Shown here one piece after another: positions 59,698-64,000 of a DNA stretch of 64,000 nt; position 1 is the first letter of the stretch, and each line of letters opens with the position of its first letter. The DNA is taken from NCBI GenBank assembly GCA_049317445.1, contig JBMOIG010000007.1, positions 3,700 to 67,699 on the forward strand. The letters are read 5' to 3'. Under the pieces are notes generated by a model. It was not told the DNA's origin, ran no database searches, and was given only the letters and a program-made list of their open reading frames with translations. Both the position numbers and the translations under genes were made by a program. The DNA is from Myxococcota bacterium. Its GTDB lineage: Bacteria > Myxococcota_A > UBA9042.

Positions 59698-61362
59698 ATG
59701 AGGACGGCAGCCCTATTTGCGATGGCGGCCCTGGTAGTTGGGAGTTCGTTCGTGACGGCCGCGTGGGCCCAGCCCGCAAAGCCGGGTGCTCCCGCGCCCG
59801 CAGCGGAGGTCGCCCCCGCGGCACCGGCGGCTCAGACGCCAGCGGCACCCGTTCCCGCGGCGAATACCGGCGCGAAGGAGACGAACTGCGGCGATCGCAA
59901 GGACGACGACGGCGACGGCATGGTCGACTGCGCGGACGCCGACTGCAAAGGTGACATGCTGTGCAAGGTCGGGTCGGGACCCGAAGACGACGACGCGAAG
60001 TGCAGCGACTGGTTCGACAACGACGGCGACGGCTTCGTGGACTGCGACGACAGCGACTGCGACCAGGCCAAGCCTTGCCGCGGCTCGTGGCAGGGACCTC
60101 TGGAGAGCGGCGGCGGCGCGGGTGGCGCGAACAGCGTGCCGGACGACGTGCCTGAGCTGCGCGACGGCATGACCGTCGAGGACCTGATCGGCAAGGGCAG
60201 CGACAAGGACGGCGAGCGCAACGACGAGGTTTGCTCCGACGGCATCGACAACGACAACGACGGCAAGATCGACTGCGCCGACTTCGGCTGCCGGTTTGAC
60301 CCGGAAGTGACCGTCTGCCGTGGCAATCCGGGCATGCGCTTCTCGGTCGTCGCCGGCATCGAAGGCGCGTACGACATGGAGAAGAAGCAGGCCGACACCC
60401 GCTTCACCAAGCTGCAATTGCGGTCGTTTGGCCCAATCCTGCAGATCCCGAACTCGTTCTACCTCGTCAGCATGCGGGCCGAGCGGACACCGCGCCTGAC
60501 GTTTGCGATGTTTCAGGTCCCTCTGGGCACCAGCGGCCACTTCCTCAACCTGAACAGCGGCGGCGGCGGCCTGTCCAGCGGCTTGATCGTGTCGACGTCG
60601 AAGCAGCTGCTGGTCGAGCCCGCGTATTACCTCTACAACGCTTTCGAGCAGGGCAACGGCGCCGCAGTCGAAGTGTCCGGTCCGTTGGGCCACTCCGGCA
60701 AGCTCGTGTACCGGGCATTTGCGGCGGGCGGCTCGGGCCGGTCGACGGGCAACGTCGGCGGTCGCTACTTCACCTACGGCAACGAGAATTACACTTATGG
60801 CGTCGGCGGTCAGGTCGGCCTGAACGTATTCGGCACCGTCAGCCGCTTCGACTCACCGTTCCTCTACACCAGCGTGCCGCTGACCTGGGGCCTGACGCTG
60901 GGCGCCAAGTACGACCAGCGGGCGCAGGAGCGCTATCCCGCCTTCAACCTGAACAACGTGTTCCGCTACAAGAGGGTCGTCGCGACGGCTGAGGTGTACG
61001 GCAAGTACGCACTCGACTTCGAGCAGAAGTCGATCATCCCCGGCGCCAACCAGTTGGCGTACAACGTGCAGGTCGGCGTGCTGGCGATCCCCAAGGTGCT
61101 GCTGCTGGCGGCCGACTACGGCGCGTATGTGGCGGGCAAGCGTCTGGCAGGACCGGACAAACTGGAGACCGACCTGCGCAAGCAGCTGGACGAGTTCCAG
61201 TATCGCGCTGCCGCCCACGTGTACGTCTGGCGCAACATCGGTGTCGTCTCGCTGCTGTATCGCTTCCGCGAGGTTGCCGGCGCCCTGAACAGCTCGGGCG
61301 TGACGGTGGGTCCGAAGACGAATGAGCAGGAAGTGCTCGTCTCGACGCAGTACCGGTTCTAG
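59698..61362 (+). CDS. Putative outer-membrane beta-barrel protein with three N-terminal Cys/Asp repeats of the same family
   Basis: A GTGAGG RBS; signal peptide MRTAALFAMAALVVGSSFVTAAWA. Repeats NCGDRKDDDGDGMVDCADADC, CSDWFDNDGDGFVDCDDSDC and CSDGIDNDNDGKIDCADFGC are present. The C-terminal 350 aa show alternating beta-strand patterning and end in ...VSTQYRF (terminal Phe). Confidence 0.75.
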   Translation: MRTAALFAMAALVVGSSFVTAAWAQPAKPGAPAPAAEVAPAAPAAQTPAAPVPAANTGAKETNCGDRKDDDGDGMVDCADADCKGDMLCKVGSGPEDDDAKCSDWFDNDGDGFVDCDDSDCDQAKPCRGSWQGPLESGGGAGGANSVPDDVPELRDGMTVEDLIGKGSDKDGERNDEVCSDGIDNDNDGKIDCADFGCRFDPEVTVCRGNPGMRFSVVAGIEGAYDMEKKQADTRFTKLQLRSFGPILQIPNSFYLVSMRAERTPRLTFAMFQVPLGTSGHFLNLNSGGGGLSSGLIVSTSKQLLVEPAYYLYNAFEQGNGAAVEVSGPLGHSGKLVYRAFAAGGSGRSTGNVGGRYFTYGNENYTYGVGGQVGLNVFGTVSRFDSPFLYTSVPLTWGLTLGAKYDQRAQERYPAFNLNNVFRYKRVVATAEVYGKYALDFEQKSIIPGANQLAYNVQVGVLAIPKVLLLAADYGAYVAGKRLAGPDKLETDLRKQLDEFQYRAAAHVYVWRNIGVVSLLYRFREVAGALNSSGVTVGPKTNEQEVLVSTQYRF

Positions 61363-61392
61363 CTCCGGGTCATCCAGAAGCTGCAGGATTAC

Positions 61393-61446
61393 GATTGCTT
61401 GCGCGGCGCCTGACGAATTCGTCACGGCGCCGCGCGGCGTTTTGCT
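61393..61446 (+). terminator. Rho-independent terminator / long hairpin
   Basis: A roughly 19-bp GC stem (CTTGCGCGGCGCC...GGCGCCGCGCGG) encloses the palindrome TGACGAATTCGTCA and is followed by CGTTTTGCTTC. Confidence 0.7.
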
Positions 61447-61500
61447 TCAGGCAGCGATCATCTCGTGCCGGCGGCCCTCTTCGCCCCGGGGCGGGTGGGC

Positions 61501-64000
61501 ATGGCGTGGAATTGGCAAGGGCGGGTGTGGGCGCCGGCAGCGGTGGCGGTGACGGCAGGTGCTGGCGTTGGTCTGCACGGTGGCCTTCCGCCGATGACGA
61601 CTGTGGCGCTGGCTGCAACCTGCGTTGCGATGGCGACTTGGGGGGTGCGTCGGCGGCTGCGGGGGCCACTGCTGCTCGCTGCGTGGGTCGCTCTGGGCCT
61701 TGTCTCCGCCGTGCGGGCCGAGCAGACGCTGACGCCCGGCGTCCTGCCGCCGCTGGATCTGCCACGGCCGGGGCTGGAAGCGCCGCTGCAGCTGCTGGAG
61801 GCGGCATCTGAGCCGGAGTGGAGTCCGGTCGGTCATCGCTTCACCGCAAAGTGGACCGCGCGCTGCCGGCCTGAACCCTTGCTGCGACGACTGGCGTGCG
61901 AAGCGAGAAGCGGCCTTGTGCGTGTCGACGTCGTCGGGCGAGACGTGCGGGTGCAGTTGGGAGATCGCGTGAGGGTGCGGGCGTTTACCACGCCTCCCCC
62001 CGCATTTCGCAACCCCGGGGCTTGGGATGCCCGAGAGTCGTGGACGCGTGCGGGCCTGGTGGCGGGCGTGCGCGTGCGGCGGGTGGGTGAGATCAGCTTC
62101 GAGGAACGGCCTCTGGCGGAACCCTTTGGTTGGGCAAGACATCCTCTGGGGGCTTTGCTGCACGTCATCGGGCGTTGGCGCAGGCACCTGAGCGACGCGC
62201 TGACGACCACGGTGCCGGGGCGCGCCGGGCAGACGTTTGCCGCCCTTGCGCTGGGGGACAAGGGGTCCGTCGACGAGCCGCTGCAAGCGTGGCTGCGGGC
62301 CACGGGCACGGCCCACGTGATGGCGGTGTCGGGCAGTCATCTCGCGCTGGTTGTGTGGATGGTGCGGGCGTTGTTGAAGTTCCTGGCCACGCGACTTGCG
62401 CGAGGGCTGTTTCGGCGGTTTCCGCGTGAACAACTGCTGGCGGTGCCGAGCCTGATGGCGACTTGGGGCTACGCGCTGCTGACGGGGGCGGCACCAAGCA
62501 CGCTGCGCGCGGCGGTCATGGCGACGGCGCTGGTGTTGGGGCGGGCGAGCGGACGGCAGCCGGGGCTGGGCGAGTCGCTGGGGTTGGCGGCGGTGGTGCT
62601 GATGCTGGTCGACCCCGTGGCGGTGGCGGATGTGGGGCTGCTGCTGTCGATTCTGGGCGTGCTGGGTCTGGCGTGGGCGGGTTGGGGGCAGGACCAGCCC
62701 CAAGAGGGCGGTTGGCGCACGCGGCTGAAGCATCATGGCGTGGTGTTCCTGAAGACGTGCGTGGCGCCATCGGCGTCGACGGCTCCGGCGACCCTGACCG
62801 TCTTTGGCGCGCTGCCGCTGGTTGGACCGCTGGCGAACGGTCTTGCCGTGCCCTACGCGGGGTTTCTGCTGCCGGTGGCGCTTGCGGCGATGATCCTGTC
62901 CGCGCTGGGGGCGTGGCTGGGTCCTGTGCGGGCGTGGATTGCGCCGGCGTGCGAGTTGGCGTTGTGGCCACTGGAGAAACTGGTAGCGTCTCCCAAGGCG
63001 TGGTGGCCGGTGTGGTCCGCGAGTGGGGCTCTGGCGCTGGTGGCCGGGCTGACGGTGCCGGCGGTCGTTGCGGCGTGGTGGCACGGGGGTCGATGGCGTG
63101 CAGTGGCGGCGGTCGCGCTGGTTGCGACGGCGGCGACATGGGCGGGATCTGTGTGGTTGCAGCGCGTTCCGCAGGGCACGGCTCGGCTGTCGTTCCTGGA
63201 CGTGGGACACGGCGACAGCACGTTGATCGAGCTGCCGGACGGGTCGAATCTGCTGGTCGACGGCGGTGGCGAGGTGGCGGACGACGGGCGAATTGGCGCG
63301 CAGGCGGTGGTGCCGTTCCTGAAGCATCACGGCATCCGGCGGATCGACCGCATGGTGCTGACCCATGGACACCCGGACCACGAAAACGGCCTGCTGGCGG
63401 TGGCGCGGGTCCTGCCTGTGGGCGAGCTGTGGTGGAACGGGCAGATCCCAGGCGGCGCCGAACATCAGGCACTGCTTGCCGAATTGACGCGACAGGGGAC
63501 GAGGTGGCGCGACTTTTCGGGGACGGGGGCGCAGCGGTCGTTCACTTGGGACGGCGTGCAAGTCCGCGTCCTGTGGCCTTTTCCGGTAGATGCCCCGTAC
63601 TCTGCCGCGCATGACTTCAACGACAACTCGCTGGTGCTGGAGGTCTCGACGGCAGGTGGGCGCGTGCTCCTCGCAGGCGACATCGAGGCGCCGGCGGAGG
63701 CGGCGCTGGCCAAGGCGCGGATGCTGCGGCCGGTCGATGTGCTGAAGGTGCCCCATCACGGCAGCCGCACCTCGAGCACACCGCCGCTGTTGGAGGGGGT
63801 GCGGCCGGGCCTGGCGGTGGTCGGTGCCCGTCCGTGGGGGCAACTGCCCTTTCCGCATCCGGAAGTGCGCGACCGCTACGCCCGCTACGGCATCCCGCTG
63901 TGGCCGACGACGGAGGGATGGGTCGAGGTGCTGGTCGGTCCCCAAGGGGCCAGCGCGAAACAGGAGGGGCACTCGTGGTCGTCCCAGCCTGGTCCACCCA
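61501..64000 (+). CDS. comEC: DNA internalization competence protein ComEC/Rec2 (competence domain + C-terminal metallo-beta-lactamase domain), C-terminus beyond the window
   Basis: Translated by hand. There are multiple transmembrane helices and the competence motif GTAHVMAVSGSHLALV. The MBL domain reads FLDVGHGDSTLIELPDGSNLLVDGGG ... MVLTHGHPDHENGL ... KVPHHGS. No stop occurs before 64000, so it is absent from the ORF track. GTG 61465 or 61495 are alternative starts. The 841-aa antisense ORF 61447..63972 is rejected. Confidence 0.9.
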   Translation, partial: MAWNWQGRVWAPAAVAVTAGAGVGLHGGLPPMTTVALAATCVAMATWGVRRRLRGPLLLAAWVALGLVSAVRAEQTLTPGVLPPLDLPRPGLEAPLQLLEAASEPEWSPVGHRFTAKWTARCRPEPLLRRLACEARSGLVRVDVVGRDVRVQLGDRVRVRAFTTPPPAFRNPGAWDARESWTRAGLVAGVRVRRVGEISFEERPLAEPFGWARHPLGALLHVIGRWRRHLSDALTTTVPGRAGQTFAALALGDKGSVDEPLQAWLRATGTAHVMAVSGSHLALVVWMVRALLKFLATRLARGLFRRFPREQLLAVPSLMATWGYALLTGAAPSTLRAAVMATALVLGRASGRQPGLGESLGLAAVVLMLVDPVAVADVGLLLSILGVLGLAWAGWGQDQPQEGGWRTRLKHHGVVFLKTCVAPSASTAPATLTVFGALPLVGPLANGLAVPYAGFLLPVALAAMILSALGAWLGPVRAWIAPACELALWPLEKLVASPKAWWPVWSASGALALVAGLTVPAVVAAWWHGGRWRAVAAVALVATAATWAGSVWLQRVPQGTARLSFLDVGHGDSTLIELPDGSNLLVDGGGEVADDGRIGAQAVVPFLKHHGIRRIDRMVLTHGHPDHENGLLAVARVLPVGELWWNGQIPGGAEHQALLAELTRQGTRWRDFSGTGAQRSFTWDGVQVRVLWPFPVDAPYSAAHDFNDNSLVLEVSTAGGRVLLAGDIEAPAEAALAKARMLRPVDVLKVPHHGSRTSSTPPLLEGVRPGLAVVGARPWGQLPFPHPEVRDRYARYGIPLWPTTEGWVEVLVGPQGASAKQEGHSWSSQPGPP

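Noticed and set aside
61447-63972. 841-aa minus-strand ORF
   Set aside because: It is antisense to comEC and extremely Arg/Pro/Gln-rich with no motifs. The plus-strand frame gives a textbook ComEC with an MBL domain.

Overview
About 70% GC, gene-dense chromosomal window, almost certainly from a myxobacterium (Myxococcota). The supporting signs are myxo-type cysteine-rich repeat lipoproteins, a Hanks-type Ser/Thr kinase paired with an FHA-sigma54 activator, and many lipobox lipoproteins. The computed ORF track is full of Arg/Pro/Ala-rich antisense and off-frame ORFs, as expected at this GC content. I chose reading frames by protein-family motifs, signal peptides, ribosome-binding sites (RBS) and 4-nt start/stop overlaps.

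Two large genes run off the window edges and are therefore missing from the ORF track: polA (minus strand, 1..2728) and comEC (plus strand, 61501..64000).

Housekeeping genes present:
- Nucleotide salvage and related: polA, hpt, a UPRTase-like PRTase, yggS, maf.
- hemW, uvrB, folK, gmk, gltX, a DsbA-like thiol oxidoreductase and an orphan CoA-transferase A subunit.

Accessory-looking content:
1. A MoxR - DUF58 - VWA - VWA cassette plus a large coiled-coil membrane protein (33.6-42.7 kb). A second VWA/DUF4159/giant-lipoprotein set lies on the other strand (19.2-25.0 kb).
2. A MotA/TolQ/ExbB + 2x ExbD/TolR motor operon, followed by a secreted SNase-like nuclease, two proteins carrying a previously uncharacterised Cys/Asp-rich roughly 32-aa tandem repeat (one lipoprotein, one outer-membrane beta-barrel), and comEC (55.3-64 kb).
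3. A 641-aa Cys-rich lipoprotein with CGDGxC repeats and a somatomedin-B-like C-terminus.
4. Two paralogous, apparently highly expressed Ala/Pro-tailed lipoproteins, each followed by a textbook rho-independent terminator.
5. A lytic transglycosylase with a histone-H1-like Lys/Ala/Pro tail.
6. An STPK with a non-canonical catalytic loop.

No rRNA, tRNA, CRISPR array or recognisable mobile element was found.
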